Source: an uncultured delta proteobacterium
Lineage (GTDB): Bacteria; Myxococcota; Myxococcia; Myxococcales; Myxococcaceae
Reading direction: 5' to 3'
Assembly: GCA_963776345.1 (NCBI GenBank)
Contig: CAVZMH010000024.1
Location: 1 to 64,000 of the forward strand
DNA length: 64,000 bases
Shown here: positions 20,607-30,555 of the stretch, in pieces
Position numbering within the stretch: position 1 is the first letter of the stretch
Layout of the letters: each line of letters opens with the position of its first letter
The notes under the pieces: generated by a model
Database searches by the model: none
The model's input: only the letters and a program-made list of their open reading frames with translations
What the model was told of the DNA's origin: nothing
Made by a program: the position numbers and the translations under genes

Positions 20607-22091
20607 TCACCGCGCGGCGACCACCTTGAGCTCGCCGAGCAGGGGCATGATCTCCGCGCTGCTCTCCTCGCCGAGCGTGAGGTGCGTCGCGTCGGCCACC
20701 GGCTGCCCGAACGTGGGGTCGAGCTGGGTCCAGGTTCCCACCCAGGCCTCGACCCACTCGTGCCAGTACAGCGCCGGCACGCCATCCGCGTTCTGCACGT
20801 ACACCACCCCGTCCACCCGCGCGCCGGGATGCCGAGGGCGCGGAGCAGGGCGATGCTGAGCAGCGAGTGCTCGGTGCAGTCGCCCCGCAGCGTCCGGAGC
20901 ACGTCGGTCGCCCGGTCGGCGCTCGCCCCGTAGTCCTTCTTCATGGTCCGGCCGACCCAGGCCACCACCTTCTTCGCCACGGCGTAGGAGTCGGTCTCGG
21001 TGCCGGCGATCTCCCTGGCCTTGGCCACGATGGCCGGGTTGTCGGACTCCACCAGGATGGAGGTCTTCAAGTACTCGGCCGTGTCCTTCGGGTGCGGCGC
21101 ACCGCGCTTCACCAGCTTTGCCGGCTCGGGCGCCGCGGCGCGGATGGTCACCTCGGACTTCCCGCCCCCGAGAGTCTGGTAGCTCTGGCGGTCAGTCTTC
21201 CGCTGGAACTTCTCCGGGAAGGCCGGCGAGCACCAGCGTCCATTCGCCCGGAACCTTCCGCGCCGACGCGGGCGGAGCTGAGGGGAGCACGAGCCGGGTG
21301 AGCTTGAAGATGTCCACCCGGTCCAGCCGCTCGGCCACCGACTTCGGCTCGGCCCGGGCGATCATCGCCGAGCCGTAGGACATCTCCACCACCGCTCCGT
21401 CCGGCGCGACCACCGCCTGCATCGGCACCTTCTCCTTCTCGGAGACGATGGTGGCCCTGCGGAGCAGGATGGAGACGCCGTTCACCACCCGGCGCTCCTC
21501 GGCGGCCGGGGTGCTGGTCATCCGGTACTGGCCGAGGTCGGTCCCGTCGAGGGCCATGCCGGAGACCTCCTTGCCCCGGAGCAGCGCGACGCGGAGCTGG
21601 TCGGCGTCCTCGACCGTTTCCTGGATCGCGGGAAGGGTGAAGGTCTCGTCGGCCTGGCCCGGCCGGTGGCGCTTCACGCTGAAGCCGGTGGGGGTCATCT
21701 TCCCGGTGAGCACCTGGTTCCCGCCGTCGCCCTCGTCCTTGATGACGAAGGAGAGCAGCCGCCCGCCCGGCCGGGACTCGTAGATGCGCTCCTCGCGGTG
21801 ACGCCGCTCGGCGGTGTTGCTGCCCACCACCGCCTTGAAGACGAAGTCCGCGACGGACCGGACCTCGGGGCGCCCAGGCACCGCCTCGAGGTCGGTGAAG
21901 TACCAGCCGACCTTCTTGTCGACCAGGTAGAGGCCAAAGTACTCGCCGCCGGGGGGGCGCGGCGCCCGGAGCACGTCGGACACCGCGGGACGCACCGTCC
22001 CCCGCTGGGGCGACGGCTCGTCGGCCAGCGCCGGGAGCGCACCCGCCACGAGGAGGGCAGGGAGGAGAAGGGGAACCCGGAGCGTCCGCAC
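20607..22091 (-). CDS. Exported transglutaminase-like domain protein; two frameshifts (~21217, ~20820)
   Basis: Signal peptide; GDCTEHS...LRALGIPAR, then in the shifted frame WHEWVE...QLDPTFGQ (Cys-His-Asp triad). Confidence 0.85.
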
Positions 22092-22558
22092 TAGAGCTTC
22101 TTCTTCAGGAGGATGAGGTCGTCCCCCACCTTGTAGAAGTCCCGGAACCTGGCCTCCTCCAGGTAGCGCATCGACTGGTAGAAGCCGCGCGCCGGGCCGT
22201 AGTCCTCGGTGGCCGACGTCTCCACCCGGACCAATCGGACCTTCTTCCTCCGGAGGTCTCCCTCCATCGCCGCCACCAGCCCCGCGCCGATGCCCTTTCC
22301 GCGGAGCGAGGGCTCCGAGCAGATCCAGTAGAGGTCGTAGGTCCCGTCGGTCATCGGGGTCGGGCCGTAGCAGACGTAGCCCGAGAGCTGTCCCCCGTTG
22401 AGCGCCACCAGCAGGTGGTAGTCCGGGTTATTCGGCTGCAACCCCAGGTCGATGACCTCGAGCGCGCAGCGAACCTCGTCGGGTGAGAAGTTCTCGATGC
22501 GGTCGAGCAGCCTCGCGAGGCCTTCCCTGTCTTCTGGGACGGCGGGACGGATGTCCAT
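22091..22558 (-). CDS. GNAT family N-acetyltransferase
   Basis: GYVCYGPTP, DLYWI, RGKGIG acetyl-CoA loop, VETS, ARGFY, FRDFY. Confidence 0.9.
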   Translation of the reverse strand: MDIRPAVPEDREGLARLLDRIENFSPDEVRCALEVIDLGLQPNNPDYHLLVALNGGQLSGYVCYGPTPMTDGTYDLYWICSEPSLRGKGIGAGLVAAMEGDLRRKKVRLVRVETSATEDYGPARGFYQSMRYLEEARFRDFYKVGDDLILLKKKL

Positions 22559-23549
22559 GGGTCCTTTCGAGCGCGACCTCCACCAGCCGCAGCGCCAGCG
22601 CCGAGTACTCCAGCCCGGCCGCCGCTGCGCTCCTGGCGAAACCCGCCTCGGGATGCAAATCGCAGTTGGGATTGATGTCAATGACCCAGGGCTGGCCATC
22701 GTCGGAGAGACGGAGGTCCACCCGGCCGTAGTCGCTGCAGCCCAGCGCCTCGAACGCGGCGAGCGCGGTGTCGACCATCCGCGCCTCGAGCTCCCGCGGG
22801 AGGGTGCAGGGAACCGAGGGGCTGTCGATGCACTCGGCCGACGAGGTCTCCCACTTCGCCCGGTAGCTCACGATGTGCGGCCGCCCGGCGAAGGCGTCGC
22901 CGAAGCGGATCTCCGACAGCGGGAGCGCGGTGCGGGGCGCGTTGCCCAGGAGCGAGACGTACACCTCGCGGCCGCGGATGAAGCGCTCCACCAGCGCCGG
23001 CTGCTTGAAGGTGCGGAGCACGCGGCGGACGGCGTCGCGGAGCCCGCGCTCGTCCTCCACCACCGAGTCGAAGTCCACGCCCACCGAGGCGTCCTCGCGG
23101 GAGGGCTTCACGATGAGCGGAAAGGGCAGCTCGATGCCGTCGAGCTGGGCCAGCCGCTCGACGACCCGGAAGGGCGGGGTGGGGACGCCTCGGGCCAGGA
23201 GCAGCTCCTTGGCCTTGTCCTTGTGGAGGGCGAGCCCGAGGGCGAGGGCGCCCGAGCCGGAGTAAGGCAGCCCGAGGAGGTCCAGGAGGCAGGGGACGGC
23301 CATCTCTCCCCGGGCATCTCCCCCGATGGACTCGCAGAGGTTGAGGACCAGGTCCGTGGTCCGGGCGCTCAGGGGGGCGACGATGTCCGCGGGGCTCTGT
23401 CCCACGGGGAGGACCGACACCTCGTAGCCGCCTGTCCCCAGCACCCGGGCGAGCTCGACGGAGACTCGCTCCACGTCCGCCCTCGCCTCGCGTCCTGGGT
23501 CTTCCTCCAGTGCATCGGCGTCCGCGTTGTGCAGGAGCGTGATGTGCAT
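22428..23549 (-). CDS. D-Ala-D-Ala ligase-like ATP-grasp amidoligase
   Basis: NLCES, GLPYSGS, KDKAK, IVKP..EDASVG, LVERFI.GRE, YRAKW, GRVDLR, DINPNC. It lacks the Ddl GGxSxE N-terminus, and its C-terminal tail overlaps the GNAT gene. Confidence 0.88.
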   Translation of the reverse strand: MHITLLHNADADALEEDPGREARADVERVSVELARVLGTGGYEVSVLPVGQSPADIVAPLSARTTDLVLNLCESIGGDARGEMAVPCLLDLLGLPYSGSGALALGLALHKDKAKELLLARGVPTPPFRVVERLAQLDGIELPFPLIVKPSREDASVGVDFDSVVEDERGLRDAVRRVLRTFKQPALVERFIRGREVYVSLLGNAPRTALPLSEIRFGDAFAGRPHIVSYRAKWETSSAECIDSPSVPCTLPRELEARMVDTALAAFEALGCSDYGRVDLRLSDDGQPWVIDINPNCDLHPEAGFARSAAAAGLEYSALALRLVEVALERTHGHPSRRPRRQGRPREAARPHRELLTRRGSLRARGHRPGVAAE

Positions 23550-23587
23550 GCAGTTGTCTTGTGGATGTAGCACGATCTGCCGACACG

Positions 23588-24895
23588 ATGCGCATCCGCG
23601 ATCCCATCCACGGCACCCTTCCGGTTTCGGCCGACGAGGCGGCGGTCGTGGACAGCGCCTGGTACCAGCGCCTCCGCCACGTCCGGCAGCTGGGGTTCGG
23701 CGAGCTGGCCTTCCCCGGGGCGACGCACACCCGGCACGCCCACTCGCTGGGGGCGATGCACGTGGTGGGGCGGCTCTTCGACTCGCTCGCCGCCCGGAGC
23801 GACCTGCCGGACCCGGTCCGTCAGCGGTTCCGGACGGCGGTGCGCCTCGCCGTGCTCTGCCACGACCTGGGCCACATGCCCCTCAGCCACGCCAGCGAGC
23901 GCATCGCTCCGCCACGGGCGGCGCTGGGGCTTCCCGCCTGGACCGGCGCCGACGGCGGCCAGGCCCATCACGAGGACTTCACGGTCAAGCTCCTCCTGGA
24001 CACCGACCTCGCCGACCTCCTCCGGGCCCGGGTGGGGGACCAGGGCATCTCGGGCGAGGCGCTGGCAGGGCTGGTGACGGGGCGGACGCCGCCCGGCGGG
24101 CTGGACTTCCGGAACGGGAGGGTGGACTGGGCACCGCTGCTCCGGGCGCTGGTCTCCGGCGAGCTGGACGCCGACCGGATGGACTACCTGCTCCGCGACT
24201 CCTTCTATACCGGGGTGAACTACGGCCGGTTCGACCTGGACTGGCTGGTGCAGAATCTGCATCCGGCGGAGCGGGACGGGCAGGTGGAGCTGGCGCTCTC
24301 CAGGAGCGCGGCCTTCGCCTTCGAGGACTTCCTCCTCAGCCGGCACCACATGTTCCTCTCGGTGTACCTGCACCACACCGCGGTGAGCTTCGACTGGATG
24401 CTGGAGGCCTACTACCGGGAGGCACCGGGCGAGTTCGAGATCCCCGCCGACCCGGCGGGCTTCCTCCGGACGGACGACGTGGCCCTGCTCTGGGCGCTCC
24501 GGGGGTCGTCCAACCGCTGGGCCCAGCGCATCGTCCGCCGGCAGGGGTTCAAGCTCCTGGCCCAGTTCACCGAGCGGGACGAGGGCTACGACCTGGGGGC
24601 GCTGTCGGCGGCCCTGGCCGAGGCCGGGGTGGAGCACTTCACGGTCGAGAGCCGGGAGACCCTCTCCCGGTACTTCGAGGAGGGGGAGGGCCCGAGCCTC
24701 TACGTCCTGGACGAGTCCTCCGGCCGGCTCACCCCGGTGGCCCGCTACACCCCGCTGTACCAGCGCTACGCGTCCCCGGTCCGTCTGTCCCGGGCGTACG
24801 TCCTTCCAGAGAGCCTGGATCGGGCCCGGCAGGCCCTCGCAGGAGTCACCGCAGCAAAGCTCGGCGATGCGATAGGGTCCGCCGGCAAGCGATGA
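23588..24895 (+). CDS. HD-domain phosphohydrolase (SAMHD1/dNTPase-like)
   Basis: IRDPIHG, QRLRHVRQLG, PGATHTR..HSLG, CHDLGH.PLSH, LDADRMDYLLRD, VYLHH. Confidence 0.92.
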   Translation: MRIRDPIHGTLPVSADEAAVVDSAWYQRLRHVRQLGFGELAFPGATHTRHAHSLGAMHVVGRLFDSLAARSDLPDPVRQRFRTAVRLAVLCHDLGHMPLSHASERIAPPRAALGLPAWTGADGGQAHHEDFTVKLLLDTDLADLLRARVGDQGISGEALAGLVTGRTPPGGLDFRNGRVDWAPLLRALVSGELDADRMDYLLRDSFYTGVNYGRFDLDWLVQNLHPAERDGQVELALSRSAAFAFEDFLLSRHHMFLSVYLHHTAVSFDWMLEAYYREAPGEFEIPADPAGFLRTDDVALLWALRGSSNRWAQRIVRRQGFKLLAQFTERDEGYDLGALSAALAEAGVEHFTVESRETLSRYFEEGEGPSLYVLDESSGRLTPVARYTPLYQRYASPVRLSRAYVLPESLDRARQALAGVTAAKLGDAIGSAGKR

Positions 24896-26391
24896 GCGAG
24901 GCGATCCCCGGGATGGAGGAGGCGCCGCCGCCGGCGGAGGCGAGAGACGCCGCGGTGGTGGTCCTGGTACGCGTCGGGCCGCGCGGGCTGGAGACCTTCT
25001 GGCTCCGGCGCGAGCGCACCGTGTCCTTCGCCGCGGGCTTCTACGCCTTCCCCGGCGGGCGGGTGGACGCAGGCGACACCGAGGTGGTGGTCGAGGGCGC
25101 CGGTCCGCCCGACTCGAGGCTGGTGGCCGCCGCGGCCCGGGAGCTGTTCGAGGAGACCGGCGTGCTCGCCGCGCGGGGACGGACCCCGGACGCCCCCACG
25201 CTGGCCGCTGCCCGTCAGGCGCTGCTCGAGGGGAAGGAGACCTTCGGCGCGGTGCTCGGCCGGCTCGGGCTCCAGGTCGACGCGCTGGACTTCGAGCCCG
25301 CGGGCCGCTGGGTGACCCCGCCGTTCATGCCGCTGCGGTTCGACGCCCGCTTCTTCCTGGTGGAGGTGCCGCCCGGGACGCGGGCCGAGGTGTGGCCGGG
25401 GGAGGCGGCCGAGGGCAGCTGGGTGCGGCCCACGGACGCGCTGACGCTCTGGCAGGAGGGGCGGGCGCTGCTCCACCCGCCCAACCGTCATGCGCTGAAC
25501 GTGCTCAGCCGGGTGCGGCGGACGGTGGACGCGGTCGCCTGGCTCGCCTCGCCCACGGCTGCGGACACCCGCATCGAGTTCCAGCGGGGCGTGCGGCTGG
25601 TCGCGCTGCGGTCTCCGACCTTGCCCCCGGCCACGCACACCAACGCCTGGATCCTCGGGACGGGCGAGCTGCTCATCGTGGACCCCGGCGCGTCGGACCC
25701 GTCGGAGATCGAGCGGCTGACGGCCCACGTCCGGGCGCTGGCCGCCGAGGACTGCCGTCCGCTGGCGGTGGTGCTCACCCACCACCATCTGGACCACGTG
25801 GGCGGGGCGGCGGCGGTGAGCGAGCAGCTCGGGATTCCGGTGTGGTGCCACCCGCGGACGGCGGACCGTCTGCCATTCCGTGCGGACCGGCTGCTCGAGG
25901 AGGGCGACGAGCTGGTGCTGGCCGGGGCGCCGGGGATGCGCTGGCGAGTGCTCCACACCCCGGGGCACGCCCGCGGGCACATCACGCTCGTCGACAACTC
26001 CACCCGGGCCGCGGTGGTCGGCGACATGGTGGCGGGGCAGGGGACGATCCTCATCGACCCGCCCGAGGGCGACATGGCCGAGTACCTCCGGCAGCTGACC
26101 CGGCTCCGGGAGCTGCCGGTGCGCGCGGTGTACCCGGCCCACGGGCCGCCGCTGCCGGACGGGCCGACCGCGCTGACCGCGCTGATCGACCACCGGGCGA
26201 TGCGCGAGCGGCGGGTGCACGCCGCGCTCAGCACCCTGGTCAGGCCGCTGGAGGAGCTGGCGGCGGAGGCCTACGCGGACACGCCGACGGCGCACCCCTA
26301 CCTGGCCGAGCGGAGCACGCTCGCCATCCTCGAGAAGCTCCGGGCGGAGGGCGTGGCGCGGGAGTCGAGCGGGGGCTGGGCGCTGGCCTGA
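24892..26391 (+). CDS. Nudix hydrolase - metallo-beta-lactamase (LACTB2-like) fusion
   Basis: FPGGRVD...AARELFEETG, RFDARFF; THHHLDHVGG, HTPGHA.GH, GD, PAHG. ATGA overlap with the HD gene. Confidence 0.92.
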   Translation: MSEAIPGMEEAPPPAEARDAAVVVLVRVGPRGLETFWLRRERTVSFAAGFYAFPGGRVDAGDTEVVVEGAGPPDSRLVAAAARELFEETGVLAARGRTPDAPTLAAARQALLEGKETFGAVLGRLGLQVDALDFEPAGRWVTPPFMPLRFDARFFLVEVPPGTRAEVWPGEAAEGSWVRPTDALTLWQEGRALLHPPNRHALNVLSRVRRTVDAVAWLASPTAADTRIEFQRGVRLVALRSPTLPPATHTNAWILGTGELLIVDPGASDPSEIERLTAHVRALAAEDCRPLAVVLTHHHLDHVGGAAAVSEQLGIPVWCHPRTADRLPFRADRLLEEGDELVLAGAPGMRWRVLHTPGHARGHITLVDNSTRAAVVGDMVAGQGTILIDPPEGDMAEYLRQLTRLRELPVRAVYPAHGPPLPDGPTALTALIDHRAMRERRVHAALSTLVRPLEELAAEAYADTPTAHPYLAERSTLAILEKLRAEGVARESSGGWALA

Positions 26392-26409
26392 GCGAGGCGG
26401 GTCGGCCGC

Positions 26410-27858
26410 TCAGGCGCGCCCGAAGTCGATGAAGCCGCGCTCGGGATCCGTCGAGAGCAGACGCACCCGGACCCGATCGCCCACGTCCATGCCGTGCTCG
26501 CCCCGGACCACCCGGCCCTCGGCCGGTGGCTTGAACAGGCGGACGAAGGTCCCGTGCTCCGTCACGCCGGTCACCAGCCCCTCGAACTTGTCGCCGACCC
26601 GGTCGTGCAGCAGGAGCGCGGCGATCACCTTGCGCATGAGCCGCTCGAGCTTGCGGGTGGCGACCTCCTTCTGCGTGCAGTGCTGGGCGATGCCGTCGAG
26701 CTCGCCATCCGAGTACGGAGCGGGAGCGCCGGCCAGCAACGCCTTGACCAGCCGCTGGGTGACGAGGTCCGGGTAGCGCCGGTTCGGCGCGGTCGAGTGG
26801 CTGTAGTCGTTCGCCGCGAGCCCGAAGTGTCCCGGCGAGTCCTGGCCCGCGGGCCGGAGCACATACTCCCCCGGTCCGAGCAGCTTCACCACCGCCAGGG
26901 ACAGGTCGGGGAAGCGCAGCGGGTCGCGCGCCTTCTGTCCCTGGAGGAACCTCGAGAGCGCCGGGCCATCCGGCTCCTCGGGGAGCACCGTGCCGAGCCT
27001 CTGGGCCAGCGCGACGATGCGGTCCCAGCGCCTGGGTTTCCGGACGATGCGGGCCATCGAGGAGCGGTGGGCGGCGTCGAGGAACCGCGCCATCACCCCG
27101 TTCGCCGCCACCATCAGGTCCTCGATGAGCTCCCGGCTCCGGCTGTCGGGGATGTCCTCGAGGTCCACCACCGTCCCGTCGGACATGACCGGACGCGGCT
27201 CGATGGTCCGGAGCACCAGCGCCCCCGCCCGCTCACGCGCGGTCCGCAGCGCCCGCGTGGCCCTGTCTTGAAGGTGGAGCTGCGCGTCGAGTCCGGCGAC
27301 CGCGGCGACGCGCGGCGGGACCGGGGCCTCGCCCTGCAGCCAGGGCCCCACCTCGGGGTAGCTGAGCTTCGCCTTGTTGCGGACCAGCGCCCGGCGAACC
27401 GCGCCCTCGTCCACCGCGCCGTCCGGACGGACCCGGTAGCCGATGACCACCGACAGGCGATCCCCCTCCGGGAGCAGGGAGGTGAGGCCCTCGGAGAGTG
27501 GCCGCGGGAGCATCGGGAAGACCGCCGCGCCGGTGTAGAGCGACGCGGTGTTCGCGCCCGCCCGGCGGTCCAGCGGCGACCCCCCGGGCACCAGCGCGTC
27601 CACGTCGGCGATGGCCACCAGGAGCCGGATGCTCCCGTCCGGCAGCGCCTCGGCCCACTCGAGCTGGTCCAGGTCCATCGAGTCGGGGTTGTCGATGCTC
27701 GACCAGAGGAGTCCGCGCAGGTCCTCCGCCCCGGCGGCCGAGGGGGCGCCCGGACGCTGGAGCGCTGCCACCTGGGCCTCGGCGTCGGGCGGGAAGTCGG
27801 GCACGAAGCCCAGCTCGAGGAGGGCGCGGCGGGCGCGGTCGGCGAGGTTGAACGACAT
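26410..27858 (-). CDS. RNB-domain exoribonuclease (short RNase II/R type) with C-terminal S1
   Basis: SIDNPDSMDLDQ, VAIADV, PMLP..LS, LIEDLMVAAN, HFGLA...YSHSTAPNRRYPDL. Confidence 0.92.
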   Translation of the reverse strand: MSFNLADRARRALLELGFVPDFPPDAEAQVAALQRPGAPSAAGAEDLRGLLWSSIDNPDSMDLDQLEWAEALPDGSIRLLVAIADVDALVPGGSPLDRRAGANTASLYTGAAVFPMLPRPLSEGLTSLLPEGDRLSVVIGYRVRPDGAVDEGAVRRALVRNKAKLSYPEVGPWLQGEAPVPPRVAAVAGLDAQLHLQDRATRALRTARERAGALVLRTIEPRPVMSDGTVVDLEDIPDSRSRELIEDLMVAANGVMARFLDAAHRSSMARIVRKPRRWDRIVALAQRLGTVLPEEPDGPALSRFLQGQKARDPLRFPDLSLAVVKLLGPGEYVLRPAGQDSPGHFGLAANDYSHSTAPNRRYPDLVTQRLVKALLAGAPAPYSDGELDGIAQHCTQKEVATRKLERLMRKVIAALLLHDRVGDKFEGLVTGVTEHGTFVRLFKPPAEGRVVRGEHGMDVGDRVRVRLLSTDPERGFIDFGRA

Positions 27859-27968
27859 GGGCGCCACCATCCCAGACGGCAGCCCTCGGGCGCTGCAACT
27901 TTCCGTGAGCGACCGCCCCTCACCTCGGGTGGCGAAACGTCGGCCGGCCGTGCAAGAAAGACGGGCAG

Positions 27969-29552
27969 ATGCCGTCGCCGCATCCCTTCAGATCCGCCGC
28001 GCCCATCGTCCGGCTCACCAACGGCTTCGTCGAGCCCTTCGACAACGCCGTGGCCGCCGCCCGCACCTGCTACAGCCCGCGCATCGTCAGCCCGGAGGAC
28101 GTGCGGAAGGACGAGAAGGCCCGTGCCGTCCGGGACCGCATCGCCCGCGAGACCTACCAGGCGGGGCACCACACCACGCTCCAGCACGCCACCTTCCAGT
28201 TCAGCCTGGAGAACGTGAGTCGCCAGCTCATCTGGAGCGTGCTCCACGCCCACCCCTTCTACAACTCGGAGCAGGTCAGCCAGCGCTACGTGGAGGTGAA
28301 GCCGGACCGGGTCATCGTCCCGGCGCTCCCCGAGCCGCTGGAGGCCCTCTACCGGGGCGTGGTCGAGTCGCAGATGGCGGCCTATGCCCGCATCGGCGCG
28401 CTGCTCCTCCCGCGGGCCGAGGCCGAGTTCTACCGCCTCTTCCCCGGCCGCCGCCGCACGCCCGAGAAGTGGGCTGGCACCCTCAAGAAGCGCTGCCAGG
28501 AGGTGGCCCGCTACGTCCTGCCCATCGGGACGTTCGCCCACCTGTACCACACCATCTCCGGCCTCACGCTCCACCGCTACCACCGGCTTGCCGCCGCGTA
28601 CGACGTGCCCACCGAGGCGCGGGAGGTCATCTCCGCGATGGTCCGCGAGGTCGAGGCCATCGACCCGCTCTTCTTCCGTGAGATGGAGGACCCACTCCCC
28701 CTCGAGTCCACCCACGAGGCCCGGGCGCTGCGCGAGGCCGGGCGCGCGCTGGGCGTGGGCGGCGCGGACGCCCGGGCGCACCGGACGGAGTTCGACGCCG
28801 GGCTCCAGGGCCGCACCAGCACCCTCGTCGACTGGAGCGCCCGCGGCGAGGCCGCCATCGCCCAGGCGGTCCGCAACGTGCTCGGGTTGCCGCGCTCGGC
28901 GCTGGACGACTCGGCGGCGCTCGACCGCGTGCTCTCGCCGAGGCAGAACCCCTACCTCGCCGAGGTGCTCCAGCTCGGGACCCACGGCAAGCTGATGCGG
29001 ACGCTGGTCCACGCGAGCTACACCTTCCAGAAGAGGCTGAGCCACGCCGCCGACAGCCAGGACCAGCGCCACCGGATGACGCCCGCCAGCCGCCCGGTGC
29101 TCCAGGCCACCTTCGTCCCCGGCGAGCCGGACGTCGTCGTCGCCGCGCTCCTGGCCGAGGTGCCCGAGGCGCTCGACGTGTTCACCCGCACCTGCGCCGA
29201 GGCCTGGGTGGCCATCGAGCGGCTGGTGGACGCCGGGGTCGCCCCGGAGTCCGCGCTTTATCTCTTACCCAACGCCTTCCCCATCCGCTTCCTCGAGTCC
29301 GGCGAGCTCCTGCACTTCCACCACAAGTGGGTGCACCGCCTCTGCTACACGGCCCAGGAGGAGATCTGGCGCGCCTCGCTGGAGGAGGTCCGTCAGGTCC
29401 GGGCGGTCCACCCCCGCATCGCCGCGCACCTCGTCCCGCCCTGCACGCTGCGCAAGGAGGCCGGCGCCACCCCCTTCTGCCCCGAGGGGCCGCGCTACTG
29501 CGGGGTGCCGGTCTGGAACCGTTCGCTCGAGGAGTACCAGCGGCTGCTCTAG
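27969..29552 (+). CDS. thyX: FAD-dependent thymidylate synthase, tandem two-domain form
   Basis: GHHTTLQH...VSR...SQRYV...ARYVLP in the N-half; QRHR...A.YLLPNA...AQEEI in the C-half. Confidence 0.85.
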   Translation: MPSPHPFRSAAPIVRLTNGFVEPFDNAVAAARTCYSPRIVSPEDVRKDEKARAVRDRIARETYQAGHHTTLQHATFQFSLENVSRQLIWSVLHAHPFYNSEQVSQRYVEVKPDRVIVPALPEPLEALYRGVVESQMAAYARIGALLLPRAEAEFYRLFPGRRRTPEKWAGTLKKRCQEVARYVLPIGTFAHLYHTISGLTLHRYHRLAAAYDVPTEAREVISAMVREVEAIDPLFFREMEDPLPLESTHEARALREAGRALGVGGADARAHRTEFDAGLQGRTSTLVDWSARGEAAIAQAVRNVLGLPRSALDDSAALDRVLSPRQNPYLAEVLQLGTHGKLMRTLVHASYTFQKRLSHAADSQDQRHRMTPASRPVLQATFVPGEPDVVVAALLAEVPEALDVFTRTCAEAWVAIERLVDAGVAPESALYLLPNAFPIRFLESGELLHFHHKWVHRLCYTAQEEIWRASLEEVRQVRAVHPRIAAHLVPPCTLRKEAGATPFCPEGPRYCGVPVWNRSLEEYQRLL

Positions 29553-29579
29553 GGTCGGTCCGGACGTCCCCGGCGCGCG

Positions 29580-30542
29580 ATGCTCCCCTTCCTCGTCCTC
29601 GGAGTGCTGGCGGTTCACCCGGCGCTGATCGATCCGCCCGACTTCTCGGGCCTGCCGCCCTGGGCGCCCCAGAACCCCATCGAGGCCAACCGGAGCGTGC
29701 TCTTCGCCCCGCCGCTGATGATGCCCCGTGGAGACTGGGGCCTGACGCTCAACCTCGACTACTCCAGCGCCATCGAGCTGTACTCGTACTCGGTGCGGTC
29801 GGTGACCCTCGACGCCGAGCTCGGCCGGCTCCAGGCCTGGGTCACCCGGCGGATCGATGACCGGTGGTTCGTCTTCGGCCAGGTGCAGATCCAGGGCGCG
29901 TACGACGGATACATGGACCAGTTCATCGACTGGTACCACTCGGCGCTCGGGGTGAAGTACGTCGCCCGGGAGAGCCGCCCCCTCAACAAGTACAAGTACG
30001 AGATCGTCTACGGCAAGGGGCAGACCCTCCGGTACGGTCCGGTGGACCTGGGCATCGGAGACAGCCGGATCGGCGTGGGGCGGATGCTCGGGGAGCACGC
30101 GCAGCTGCTGCTGGTCCTCGGCCTGCCGACCTCCACCGCGCCGGGGTACCGGGCCGGGATGCTGCAGACCGGCCTCATCCTCACCGGCGAGGCGCCGCTC
30201 CTGAGCTGGCTCACGGTGAGCGGCTCGGTAGGAATCGGATTCACCCCCAAGACCGGGACGCTGGCCGACTTCGAGAACGTGTTCTTCGCCTCGTTCTCCG
30301 GCGGCCCGCGGGTCCGCCTCAGCTGGAGGAACTTCCTCTACGGCAACATCTTCATCCAGACCCCGCCCTTTCACGACACCGACCTGAGGCCGATGGACCT
30401 GACCGACTTCTCCATCGACTTCGGGTGGATGTTCCGGGTGGACCCGAGGACCGAGCTCTGGGTCGGCATCGTCGAGGACCCGTTCCCGGACGGGCCGGCA
30501 ATCGACGTGGGGTTCCGGGTCGGGCTCCGGACCAGCTTCTAG
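29580..30542 (+). CDS. Putative outer-membrane beta-barrel (DUF3187-like)
   Basis: Signal peptide; GYMDQFIDWYH, GIGD, LPT; alternating beta-strands; C-terminal Phe. Confidence 0.65.
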   Translation: MLPFLVLGVLAVHPALIDPPDFSGLPPWAPQNPIEANRSVLFAPPLMMPRGDWGLTLNLDYSSAIELYSYSVRSVTLDAELGRLQAWVTRRIDDRWFVFGQVQIQGAYDGYMDQFIDWYHSALGVKYVARESRPLNKYKYEIVYGKGQTLRYGPVDLGIGDSRIGVGRMLGEHAQLLLVLGLPTSTAPGYRAGMLQTGLILTGEAPLLSWLTVSGSVGIGFTPKTGTLADFENVFFASFSGGPRVRLSWRNFLYGNIFIQTPPFHDTDLRPMDLTDFSIDFGWMFRVDPRTELWVGIVEDPFPDGPAIDVGFRVGLRTSF

Positions 30543-30555
30543 AGGAGGGCTCGGC

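Noticed and set aside
22428..23549. Housekeeping ddl gene
   Set aside because: The N-terminal D-Ala-binding motif is absent and the context is not cell-wall synthesis, so the symbol was withheld.
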